This document shows positions 1-11,088 of a DNA stretch of 39,352 nt, piece after piece (position 1 is the stretch's first letter; every line of letters starts with the position of its first letter). The DNA is from Octopus bimaculoides (lineage: Eukaryota), in the NCBI RefSeq assembly GCF_001194135.2, contig NC_068989.1, forward strand, positions 90,693,982 through 90,733,333, given 5' to 3'. The position numbers and the translations under genes were made by a program. Below the pieces are notes generated by a model that saw nothing but the letters and a program-made list of their open reading frames with translations, was not told where the DNA came from and did no database searches.

Positions 1-85
1 ATAGATGGTAAATTAGAAAAGGTACACCGATAGAAGATGAAAGAGGCTAAATCGGCTTGGCAATGACGATGTGTGTTTGTGTGTC

Positions 86-129
<44 letters not shown>

Positions 130-371
130 GTGTGTGTGTGAAAATTCGTGGTTTAGTGGTTAGGATATTCGGCTAACGATTGTATAGTTGTGTGTTCGAT
201 TTCCGGCAACATGATGTCTCCTTCAGCAAGATACTTTACTTCACATTGCTTGCTGTTCCGTTGATCGAATCAACTGGAACCCACGTCGTCGTAATCGACG
301 GAGAGCTAGTTATATAGATATTTTATGCATGCATGTATGTATGTATGTATGTATGTATGTATGTATGAATG

Positions 372-432
<61 letters not shown>

Positions 433-477
433 CTATGAATGTTTGTGTATGCATGTACGTATTGTATGTATGTTAAT

Positions 478-867
478 GGAAAGAGACACATCAGAAACCA
501 AGGCTGCGATTTAAGGACTGTGTCAAGTCCTCATTAAAGGCCTGTGATATGCAGGAGACTGACTGGGAGAGTAATATTTGCCATCGCCAGAGATAGAGAA
601 AGCAGGTTAATGAGGGGGTTGACAGCTTTGAAAGAGTACTTATTCTGCATGAAGAACTTAAGTGTGTTGTTCGAAAGCGCACCGCTGGTGTAGTGAATGG
701 GGAAAGCTTGGTCTGCAATGTTTGAAGTCGTGGAAGCTTGTCAAGAGCAGGACTCATCAGCCACCAACAGAGCAGCAAATGCAAAATGTAAGTTAGGCCT
801 AGAGCACACAATGTTCCTGAAGGTCAGCAATGGTCTTCCTCGGTCACGAGTGGACGGCTATCATCAT
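478..867 (+). mobile_element. 5'-truncated, decayed RTE/BovB-type LINE 3' end
   Basis: One frameshift near 502. The frame from 504 reads LRFKDCVKSSLKACDMQETDWESNICHRQR*RKQVNEGVDSFE...LVCNV*SRGSLSRAGLISHQQS, resembling the RTE ORF C-terminus (KD.LK..LK...WE...R..WR; Cx2C...SH finger) with two premature stops. Stop at 789-791, short 3' UTR, ATCATCAT tail at 860-867. Confidence 0.75.
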
Positions 868-868
868 G

Positions 869-926
<58 letters not shown>

Positions 927-951
927 TGTATGTATGTATGTATGTATGTAC

Positions 952-1001
<50 letters not shown>

Positions 1002-1604
1002 GCATGTATCTGTGTGTATGTGTATGTAAATATGTGTATGTAAATTTGTGTTTGTATTTGTCGCAATCCACCGCTTGATAACCAATGCTGGTTAGTTTGC
1101 GCACCTCTAATCTAGCGGTTCGACAAAAGGTTTCCGATGGACAGTTAAAATAAACAACATAATAACAGCGTCCGTTTTTCCGACTGACACCCTTCAGGGG
1201 GACGCTCCAGCTTGGCCGCAGTCCACTAACTGAGACAAGTAAAAGGCAACATAATATATAATGCCACACCCTTCACCCTTCAACACCCTTGCCTCTATAT
1301 ACACCATTCAAGCTATATACACTCAGTTTAAACTCATTAAAAGACTGTCAAGTTTTAAAGAGGTCTTCGCGAGTAACTCAACGTCGAATTTACTTTGATC
1401 TCTGTTCTGCCAGGGCTGTTGGCACCGAGGGGTGAGCTGGGGTGGCGTTTTTGGACTATTCCTATTAACTTTTGTTTATTTTCAAACTTGTTTTGTGTAC
1501 AATTATGTGATGAATGCGTGCGCGCTAGTGAGTCAGTGTGTGTATCTAAGTTTTTATGGGCATGTGAGTCTATATGTATATATATATACACATGTAGGAA
1601 TATT

Positions 1605-1644
<40 letters not shown>

Positions 1645-2165
1645 TGTGTCAGTGTCAGTGTTTATATATCAGAACAAACATCTAAGTGTGTATATATGTA
1701 TATATATATATATANNNNNNNNNNNNNNNNNNNNNNNNNNNNNNNNNNNNNNNNNNNNNNNNNNNNNNNNNNNNNNNNNNNNNNNNNNNNNNNNNNNNNN
1801 NNNNNNNNNNNNNNNNNNNNNNNNNNNNNNNNNNNNNNNNNNNNNNNNNNNNNNNNNNNNNNNNNNNNNNNNNNNNNNNNNNNNNNNNNNNNNNNNNNNN
1901 NNNNNNNNNNNNNNNNNNNNNNNNNNNNNNNNNNNNNNNNNNNNNNNNNNNNNNNNNNNNNNNNNNNNNNNNNNNNNNNNNNNNNNNNNNNNNNNNNNNN
2001 NNNNNNNNNNNNNNNNNNNNNNNNNNNNNNNNNNNNNNNNNNNNNNNNNNNNNNNNNNNNNNNNNNNNNNNNNNNNNNNNNNNNNNNNNNNNNNNNNNNN
2101 NNNNNNNNNNNNNNNNNNNNNNNNNNNNNNNNNNNNNNNNNNNNNNNNNNNNNNNNNNNNNNNNN

Positions 2166-2203
<38 letters not shown>

Positions 2204-2399
2204 ATGTGTGCGTATGGGTGTGTCACTGTATAATCCTTAACCTAGCAATCCGTTATAAAGAAATTGATAAAACGAGTGACTAAGATGATACGGGGTGTGA
2301 CATCATCTGCTATAACCACTCAAGGGATGTGTCCCAGCATGGCCGCAGGATGTACCCCAGCATGACGAGTAATAGAATATATACCCAAATACGCGCACT

Positions 2400-3293
2400 T
2401 GTTTGTGTGTGTTTATATATATATATATATTTATATATGTATACATATATATGTATATATATCAACCCCTAACTCTCTTACATTATGTATATATATACAT
2501 ATTTATATATATACATATATTCATTACATGTATATACATATATATATATTATTTATATATATGCATATATATACATATATGTATGTATACATATATATAC
2601 ATATGTACATATGTATATATGTTTATATATATATATATATGTTTATATATATATATATATAAATATTTAACGACACATACACACACAAACATACTAGTAT
2701 ACATAAGAATACCTATACATACACGCATGCTTATATACATGTTTATCTATATGCATACATATGTGTGTGTGTGTGTTTGTATATATAGGTATATATATAT
2801 TTGTATATATATACATATATGTGTGCGGGTGTGTGTGTGTGTGCGTGTGTGTATATATATCTCTACATATACACATATCATTAGTCAATTCCATCTTTCC
2901 GTCTGCCTGAATCTCTGTCTGTCTGTCTGTTTCTGTATATACATATATATCGTGTCTACTCACATACACACACACACATACAAAGAGCACACATATCCAG
3001 AGAGAGAGAGAGAGAGACATACAGAGACAGGGGGAGAGAGAGGTAGTGCCAGAAGGGAAGGGAAAGGGGGTAGAAAAAGTGACAAACAAACTAAAGGACA
3101 GACAGACAGACAGAATATTCCGAAAAATTCCAAACCATCCCCTCACCCATCCACCCGTTATTTACTCCCAGGCATATGAAACACTTCATTCTCTGAATCT
3201 GTTTGTCTCTGTTACATCTCCCCCACTTCTTGCTACCGCTCCCACCACGACCACCACTCTTTCTATCTCATTCAACACCTCGTATTGTCTCAC

Positions 3294-3344
<51 letters not shown>

Positions 3345-3545
3345 TATATGTATGTGAGTGTGTGTGTGTGTATGTGTGTGCGTGTAAGTGCGTATGTGTG
3401 TATATGTGGGTGTCTGTGTATGTATGTATGTATGTATGTATGTATGTATGCCTACATATGTATATATATAATACAAATATATACATATATATATATATCC
3501 ATGAACATGTATGCATGTATGTATGTTTGTATGTATGTATGTATG

Positions 3546-3576
<31 letters not shown>

Positions 3577-3600
3577 GTATGTATATATGTGTATATATGC
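2400..3600. repeat. Block of degenerate (TA)n, (TG)n, (GA)n and (TATG)n microsatellites
   Basis: Directly visible. Similar tracts at 82-140, 326-434, 868-1000, 5949-5998, 21467-21519, 23353-23405, 25485-25555, 26400-26455, 35030-35108, 36212-36260. Confidence 0.9.
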
Positions 3601-4816
3601 GGGTCTCGGGTGGGGGTCTTGGCTGTATGTTTACAGATTTTTTCGTTACGAATCTACGAAAATCTTAAAGCAGCGTCTGTCCGCACCTGATATATATGGC
3701 GGCTGTTCGCGCTTGTTTAGATGCGCGCCTATGTGTATGTATGGGAATATCCGTGCGATATATACATACATACATACATATATATATANNNNNNNNNNNN
3801 NNNNNNNNNNNNNNNNNNNNNNNNNNNNNNNNNNNNNNNNNNNNNNNNNNNNNNNNNNNNNNNNNNNNNNNNNNNNNNNNNNNNNNNNNNNNNNNNNNNN
3901 NNNNNNNNNNNNNNNNNNNNNNNNNNNNNNNNNNNNNNNNNNNNNNNNNNNNNNNNNNNNNNNNNNNNNNNNNNNNNNNNNNNNNNNNNNNNNNNNNNNN
4001 NNNNNNNNNNNNNNNNNNNNNNNNNNNNNNNNNNNNNNNNNNNNNNNNNNNNNNNNNNNNNNNNNNNNNNNNNNNNNNNNNNNNNNNNNNNNNNNNNNNN
4101 NNNNNNNNNNNNNNNNNNNNNNNNNNNNNNNNNNNNNNNNNNNNNNNNNNNNNNNNNNNNNNNNNNNNNNNNNNNNNNNNNNNNNNNNNNNNNNNNNNNN
4201 NNNNNNNNNNNNNNNNNNNNNNNNNNNNNNNNNNNNNNNNNNNNNNNNNNNNNNNNNNNNNNNNNNNNNNNNNNNNNNNNNNNNNNNNNNNNNNNNNNNN
4301 NNNNNNNNNNNNNNNNNNNNNNNNNNNNNNNNNNNNNNNNNNNNNNNNNNNNNNNNNNNNNNNNNNNNNNNNNNNNNNNNNNNNNNNNNNNNNNNNNNNN
4401 NNNNNNNNNNNNNNNNNNNNNNNNNNNNNNNNNNNNNNNNNNNNNNNNNNNNNNNNNNNNNNNNNNNNNNNNNNNNNNNNNNNNNNNNNNNNNNNNNNNN
4501 NNNNGATGCAATACCAACCCCACGGCTACTACAACCACTACTGCAACCATGACGAGCCCCACCATCACCGTTAGCTATGCCACAAAAATCCACACATGCT
4601 CCACCAGTAATCTGGATCTGCTAGAAATAGCAACCGAATCGTCTTCTGAAAGCTAAGTATTGGTTCCTTCAATTAGCAAAGTGGTCGAGAAGCTCGCTTT
4701 GCAGTCAAGTGGTTTCCGATTCTGTCGCACTGCACGAAGACCCTTGGGCAAGATCTTTACCTATACAACTTTCTCCACAATTATAGAGGTGAACACACAC
4801 ACACACACACACACGC

Positions 4817-5203
4817 GCAGACGTGGCTGTGTGGTAAGAAGGTTACATCCCAACCATTTGGTTCGTGTTTCTGTCCCTTGCTTGGCACCTTGGACATTTT
4901 GACTTCCTGCTATATAAGGTCGCAGATGAACTTCTATCAAGGCAGAGCACTCAATAGACGCCCTGAAAAGATCATTATTTATGCGTATATGTATATATAT
5001 GTGTGTGTGTCTGTGTTTGTCCACACAGCATCGCTTGACAACCGATTGTGGTGTGTTTACGTCCCCATGACTTAGCGGTTCGGCAAAACAGACCGATAGA
5101 ATAAGTACTAGGCTTACAAAGAATAAGTCCTGGGATCGACTTGTTTGTCTAAAGGCAGTGCTCCGTCATGGCCGCAGTCAGATGATTGAAACAAATAAAT
5201 GAG
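4817..5203 (+). mobile_element. SINE family A, full length (tRNA-like head, CCTTGGGCAAGT CORE-like motif, internal microsatellite, 3' body ending CTGAAACAAGTAAAAGA)
   Basis: Many homologous copies in the window: full at 13060-13425(-), 28971-29372(+), 33921-34296(+); partial at 1046-1246, 15989-16098, 20440-20600, 22225-22390, 24275-24428(-), 31535-31695, 32385-32575, 35110-35260(-), 35285-35440, 36300-36557(-). Confidence 0.8.
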
Positions 5204-5362
5204 TATATAAACTCATTAATTTCAACATACAAACACTAGTAGAGTATAAAATACTATGATCGTCCTACATTTGTTTCATGTATAAGTGTACCTGGGATTA
5301 CATTATCCAGTGTGTTCTTGTCCCCCACTCTTATTTTTAAGACAGCAAGTTGTGTAATTAGA

Positions 5363-5578
5363 CCCTTTAGCGTTTAAACTGGCCACATCCGGTTTAAATG
5401 TTCCACCTGTTTTATGTTAAAATTGACCAGGTCTGGCCTCTCACGCCTACTCCACAATGTCATTTCAAAAACAAGCAATCACATCATTGAAATCTCAAAG
5501 CTGTAAGATAATCCATGATTAATTCAAAACAATATGAATAAGTATTACATGTGATAGAGTAAACTGAATGTGAAAGGG
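5363..5578. mobile_element. piggyBac-type MITE, second family (uninterrupted copy)
   Basis: Ends CCCTTTAGCGTT and reverse complement CCCTTTCACATT; degenerate TTAA flanks; homologous in opposite orientation to 18067-18820. Confidence 0.7.
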
Positions 5579-5949
5579 ATAAAGCTGACTTGGCTGCTAT
5601 GTCTAGCAGGCTTGTTGATTACTTAGAGGCTTCCCCATTGGCTCCATCTTTATGCATTTGTTGCAGCGATTTGGTGCATCATTTGCCAGAGGGATTAAAT
5701 GCAACTACTGTTTTTTTTTTTAATTAAAAATAGCTTCATAGGTGATAAAGCAAGTATTAGACTATCTTCATTCACACCTGTATCTTCAGGTGAGATCCAA
5801 GTCTTTCTTCTTCTTCTTCTTTAGAAGTGAGTTATCTTGGAAGATTACTTTTGAGGAAAAGAGCTGATATTTTGGTAATAAACACCCTTCCCAGCATTGC
5901 TCTGGTGATTCTTTTAGCAGCTTCTGTTACTGTCCCAAAGAAAATAAAG

Positions 5950-6002
<53 letters not shown>

Positions 6003-6016
6003 GTGTTATTTTAACA

Positions 6017-6430
6017 GCAGGTGTGACTGTGTGATTAAGAGGTTTGCTTCCCAACCTGGATTCAGTCCCACTGCGTGGCACTTTGGGCAGTTGTCTTCAC
6101 TTATAACCCTGAACAAACCAAAACCTTGAGTGGATTTGGTAGATGGAAACTGAAAGAAGCCTGTCACACATGTTTGCGTGTGTGTGTGTGTTTATGTCTC
6201 CTTGTGTTAGCATCATGTGATAGTTGTAGTAACTATGTGTCACTGTCATAGATGCAGTGTCATTCATTTCCAATATTCTGCAAAAACACGTCAGGCCATG
6301 GAGGGGAAATATTACCTTGCTTGGAAACTGGTGAGGGTTGGCAACAGGAAGGGCATCCAGCCATAGAAGATCTGCCTCAGTAAAAACACGATCTGATCCA
6401 TGCAGACATAGAAAAGGGGTCACTGAATGA
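6017..6430 (+). mobile_element. SINE variant A': family A head joined to a different body ending in a GGAAGGGCATCCAGC...CATGC tail
   Basis: Head as in family A. The body CATCATGTGATAGTTGT...GGTGAGGGTTGGCAACAGGAAGGGCATCCAGCC recurs at 8236-8600, 18995-19200, 19480-19600(-); tail at 28235-28282. Confidence 0.7.
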
Positions 6431-6798
6431 TTATTAAAGACAACTACAACAAGGATCCTTTATAGTGGACATAACTAAGAGGGGACAGTTTTGTTTCCCT
6501 ATTTCTGCTAAAATACACTGACTATATTTTGATTAATTTTTAAAATAATGAAAAATTTAGTAAAATACTTTTGTTGTTATTAAACTGGTGTTTGGAACAT
6601 ATTAATACGAAACAAAAAGTGTGATGATGGTTAGTTCTGACAGGACCCTAAGGAGAAGGTGCCTGAAGATTTTGCCCCCACAACCCTCCTAGAAATCATG
6701 GGTAGAGAAGAAGAAGAATAGATGGAAATGTAATCCTGCCATGTTTGTCTTGTAGTGTTCTTGTATTCCTTCCACACATGCACACACACTTATATACT

Positions 6799-7032
6799 CA
6801 GGGTGGCCCAAAAGTACGTTTACAGCTATTCAACTATCTCTTTCGCATTCATATATTAACAGTTTAGATCTTAATTATAAAAAAATATGAAACCATTATT
6901 CTATGCTAATTTAGTTAATTTTGTCAAGCTCCCTTTTCAGTTTGTGAGATAGAAATTTAAATGTAATAAAATGTTTTAAAAGAAATTTAAAGTGCCTTTG
7001 TGATAAATGTAAACCTACTTTTGGGCCTCCTG
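6799..7032. mobile_element. Tc1/mariner-type MITE (234 bp)
   Basis: Left CAGGGTGGCCCAAAAGTACGTTTACA; reverse complement of right end CAGGAGGCCCAAAAGTAGGTTTACA; TA flanks degenerate. Confidence 0.8.
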
Positions 7033-7689
7033 CGCCGTTGGCACGTAAAAAGCACAATCCAAACGTGGCCAATGCTAGTACCCCCTGACTGGCTCTTGTG
7101 CCTGTAGCATGTAAAAAGCACCATCTGAATGTGACTGNNNNNNNNNNGGTATGTAAAAAACACCCACTACACTCAGAGTGGTTGGCATTAGGAAGGGCAT
7201 CCAGCTGTAGAAACATTGCCAGATCAGATTGGAGCCTGGTGCAGCCTCCTGGCTCTCCAGACCTCAGTCAAACCGTCCAACCCATGCCAGCATGGAAAGT
7301 GGACGTTAAACAATGATGAGGATGGATAACATAAAAAATGTATCCCTCATCATCATCATTGGACTAAGCAGCAACAACAACAACAATTGTAACCTTATAC
7401 AAAGCTTTCATCTCATTTCTCTCTCACTCTCTCTGTATCCCTTTATACATCAACTGACACTCTCTCTCTCCCCCCCCTCTCTCTCTCACACACACACACA
7501 GATTCAGGCAGAAGGCAAAAAAAAGTAGAAAAGGTGTGGTTTTCCCCTTCTGTTTCCCCAGTCTTGTAATCATAACAGATAAAGCTGTGGCAACACTCTT
7601 GTGTTTATCTGTTTGAGAAGATCAGAAGCAATGGGCTGAGGTTTCAATTTCACCATCCGGGGGATATTATGCTAAGAGAGGAGGCGGCA

Positions 7690-7711
7690 CCATCACCACC
7701 ACCACCACCAT

Positions 7712-7764
<53 letters not shown>

Positions 7765-7766
7765 TG

Positions 7767-7833
<67 letters not shown>

Positions 7834-7862
7834 TGACTACTACTACCACTACCACCACCACA
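7690..7862. repeat. Compound (CAC)n/(TAC)n microsatellite with a repeated CACCACCATGAC spacer
   Basis: Directly visible; source of the spurious poly-Ser and poly-Val ORFs. Confidence 0.9.
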
Positions 7863-8389
7863 CTGGTTCCTAGGTTCTTCAGCAGCCAAAGAGGGAGTTT
7901 CTATGTGGTCGCTCATCCGGCTAGATAGATATAGCAGTCACACCTCCCTTGCACCCGTCTGCCCCCTCCTTCTCTATTAAAATCAAGATCAGCGACATGA
8001 GATAATGTAGTCCTTGACATTGTTACACCTGAGACTATAATTGCTTTCGATTTGGTGATAAATGGAATCACTCCAGTTGTCAGTCAGCTGGGATGAAGGC
8101 TGGCCTGGCCTGGGGCTAAATGACAACACTAACATTGACCACTAACTGTCCATGGTTGGTGTTAGGAGGAAATGCTTCTCGAATGTCGTCCGACAGTATA
8201 ACAAATTTCCTGTACAGTTGTCACATGTATGCATACATGGCTGTGTGGTAAGAAGTTTGCTTCCCAGCCACATGGTCTCAGGTTCAGGCCCACTACACGG
8301 CACCTTGCACAAATGTCTTCTGCTATAGCTCTGGGCTGACCAAAAGCCTTGTGAGTGGATATGTTGGATGGAAACAGTGTGGAAGCCTG

Positions 8390-8427
<38 letters not shown>

Positions 8428-9073
8428 GTCCGCGTTCTTCTCTTGACATCATGTGTTGATTGTAAAAGCAGTGTCTTTTATTCTCAATCTTCCATGACAA
8501 CATGTCTGGTCATGGGAAAGTATTACCTTACTTGGAAACAGATGAGATCAATTTGTCCAAGGCTGTGCCCTTCCCACCCCAGCAAGCTGTAATCCAAAGA
8601 CAGAAACAAGAGATGGAAGATATATTGCCATATTTANNNNNNNNNNNNNNNNNNNNNNNNNNNNNNNNNNNNNNNNNNNNNNNNNNNNNNNNNNNNNNNN
8701 NNNNNNNNNNNNNNNNNNNNNNNNNNNNNNNNNNNNNNNNNNNNNNNNNNNNNNNNNNNNNNNNNNNNNNNNNNNNNNNNNNNNNNNNNNNNNNNNNNNN
8801 NNNNNNNNNNNNNNNNNNNNNNNNNNNNNNNNNNNNNNNNNNNNNNNNNNNNNNNNNNNNNNNNNNNNNNNNNNNNNNNNNNNNNNNNNNNNNNNNNNNN
8901 NNNNNNNNNNNNNNNNNNNNNNNNNNNNNNNNNNNNNNNNNNNNNNNNNNNNNNNNNNNNNNNNNNNNNNNNNNNNNNNNNNNNNNGAGTTTCCTGAGGT
9001 TTTTTGTCTGGTTTTCTCCATCTTCCATTCCATCTTCATTGTCTCAAGATAGAAGGGTTTAAATATTAATAAT

Positions 9074-9108
<35 letters not shown>

Positions 9109-9226
9109 TAATAATACTAGTAATGATACTAATTGAACCCCCGTAAGCTGTTGTCATTTTTGTTGTTTTTCCCTTTTTATTCTTCATCCTAATTTTCGTT
9201 CTTGTCTACCATCTCATCTCTCCCAG

Positions 9227-9705
9227 TCTCCCTCCCTCTCTTTCTCTTGCTCTCACTCTCACTCATTCTCTCACTTTGTCTCTCTCTCTCTCTTTTTGAC
9301 TCATTCTCTTACTATGTCTCCCTTTACTACTTTCTCTCTCTCTCTCTCTCCCTCCTTTTTGTTCTCTCTCCTTGTTCTCTTGCTCCCCTTGTTCTCTCTC
9401 TCTCTCTCTCTCCTTTTTGTTCTCTCTCTCTTTCTCCTTGTCCTCTCTCTCCTTTTTCTTCTCTCTCTTTTTTCTTCTCTCTCTCTCCTTTTTGTTCTCT
9501 CTTTCTTTCTCCTTGTCCTCTCTCTCCTTTTTCTTCTCTCTCTTTTTTCTTCTCTCTCTCTCCTTTTTATTCTCTCTTTCTCTTTCTTGTCCTCTCTTTC
9601 TCTCCTTTTTGTCTTCTCTCTCTCTCCTTTTTATTCTCTCTTTCTCTCCTTCTTGTCCTCTCTCTCTCTCAATGTACATCTCACTCACTCTCACTACTCC
9701 CCTAC
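9227..9705 (+). repeat. 479-nt AG-free polypyrimidine tract containing a 75-bp tandem duplication
   Basis: No AG between 9226 and the acceptor at 9706; 9411-9485 and 9486-9560 are 74/75 identical, with a looser third copy from 9561. Confidence 0.85.
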
Positions 9706-9707
9706 AG

Positions 9708-10152
9708 GTAATTTCCAAAGACTTGGTAGCACCCCCCAACAGTCAAACACCACCTGAAGACATCGTCAACTGTCCGCCACGCTCCATCACCTCCTCCACC
9801 CTGATCGACTCCCATGGTGGCAGCGGTGGCGGCAGTGGCGACAGCAGAGACACCAGCGGAGCAGCCGATGCCGGCACAAGCCACTGGCGCTTGAACGACT
9901 CCAACGGCAACAGCGGAGACGCCATCTACAAGTGTCTGGAAGAACAGAAAGACGAGATCTTGTTGTTACGGTCGAGGATCTTGAGAGAGTATGAGCAACT
10001 ATTGAAGGCCAGGACGGACTCCATGGTAACAGAATCAACGAAGGACATCTTCAACCTTCAAGATGAGATTGATGCTCTGCAACAGCAGCACGAAATACAG
10101 ATCTCTACTATGAGACAGGGAATCGGCAAAAGAATGTCTGCCGAACATACAG
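9708..10152 (+). CDS. Coding exon A (phase 0 to 1): VISKDLVAPP...YKCLEEQKDEILLLRSRILREYEQLLK...RMSAEHT
   Basis: Acceptor cctacag (AG 9706-9707) after a long pyrimidine tract; donor AG|gtgagt at 10153; complex part of ORF 9372..10235. Confidence 0.9.
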
Positions 10153-10298
10153 GTGAGTCACTGGGTGTGTGTGTATGGTGGTGTGCACGATTGTGTATAT
10201 GTGTTGTTTGTGGGAGCGTTTTGTGTCTACATTGATGTTGTGTTTTATTTAAATGCGAAGGCAGGGTATGTATTTGTGTTGTGTGTGTGTGTGTGCAT

Positions 10299-10582
10299 GC
10301 ATTTGGCTCAGTGGTTAAGGTGTTGCACACATGATTGCGAGATCGTGGGTTCGATTTCCAGACTGGGTGTTGCATTGTGTTCTTGAGCAAAGCACTTCAT
10401 TTCATGTTACTTTGCAATCATTTCAACATCTGACATGTTGCACCTGTACAGGTAATGATGATCTGATGGAGGGAGTGAGCTTATGGGTACACAAGCATTT
10501 GTTTGCTATAAACAAATCATCTGTGTGGTTGTTCGGTAAGAAATTGTCGAACCCTCATACATCTAACGATGGGAGAGTCCAT
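10299..10582 (+). mobile_element. tRNA-derived SINE family E
   Basis: TGGCTCAGTGGTTAAGG...GGTTCGATTTCC head then TTGAGCAAAGCACTT; diverged relative at 147-308. Confidence 0.65.
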
Positions 10583-10606
10583 CACACACACACACANNNN
10601 NNNNNN

Positions 10607-10650
<44 letters not shown>

Positions 10651-11088
10651 CTTTATTATTAAAGCTGGAAAAAATCACAAAATTAGCACTAAAAAAACTG
10701 CTACTCAGAGTCTCATGTTGCCATTCATCAGGCTCCATTCTGATCACAACTGTCCAACAAACGGGAACATGAAACTCTGAGTAACAGTTTTTGTGATACT
10801 CTTATGATATTTTTGTAGCTTTAATAATAATAATAATAAAGCATATTACTCTACCTCCAGTAATCAAGCACTACTTTTTCCCTCTTTGATTCACATTTAT
10901 GTGCTTACTCTGGTGTGTATATATATATATATATAGATACCAGTAATATAGTATGACCATTTCAGGTGATTATATACTCCCCTACTCTTTCTCTGTCTTG
11001 CTAAAATTTCTCTTTTATGCTCCGTAAAAAGAAATCAATATTATTTACTAATCTCTCTTCATCTCTCAAATATATTTGCTTTATTTAG

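Noticed and set aside
848-867. AGTGGACG shared between the RTE 3' end and the family C tail (about 7298-7305)
   Set aside because: Only 8 nt, and the tail repeats differ (CAT versus GAT); not enough to claim a LINE-SINE pair.
329-4656. Many ORFs reading YIYI, CVCV, HTHT or running through X
   Set aside because: Translations of dinucleotide and tetranucleotide microsatellites and N-gaps.
7650-7916. Gly/Ser-rich and poly-Val ORFs
   Set aside because: Derived from the compound CAC/TAC microsatellite.
9263-9757. Charged ERERK ORF on - and Leu/Ser/Phe membrane-like ORFs on +
   Set aside because: Translations of the CT-rich intronic tract; no splice or codon support.
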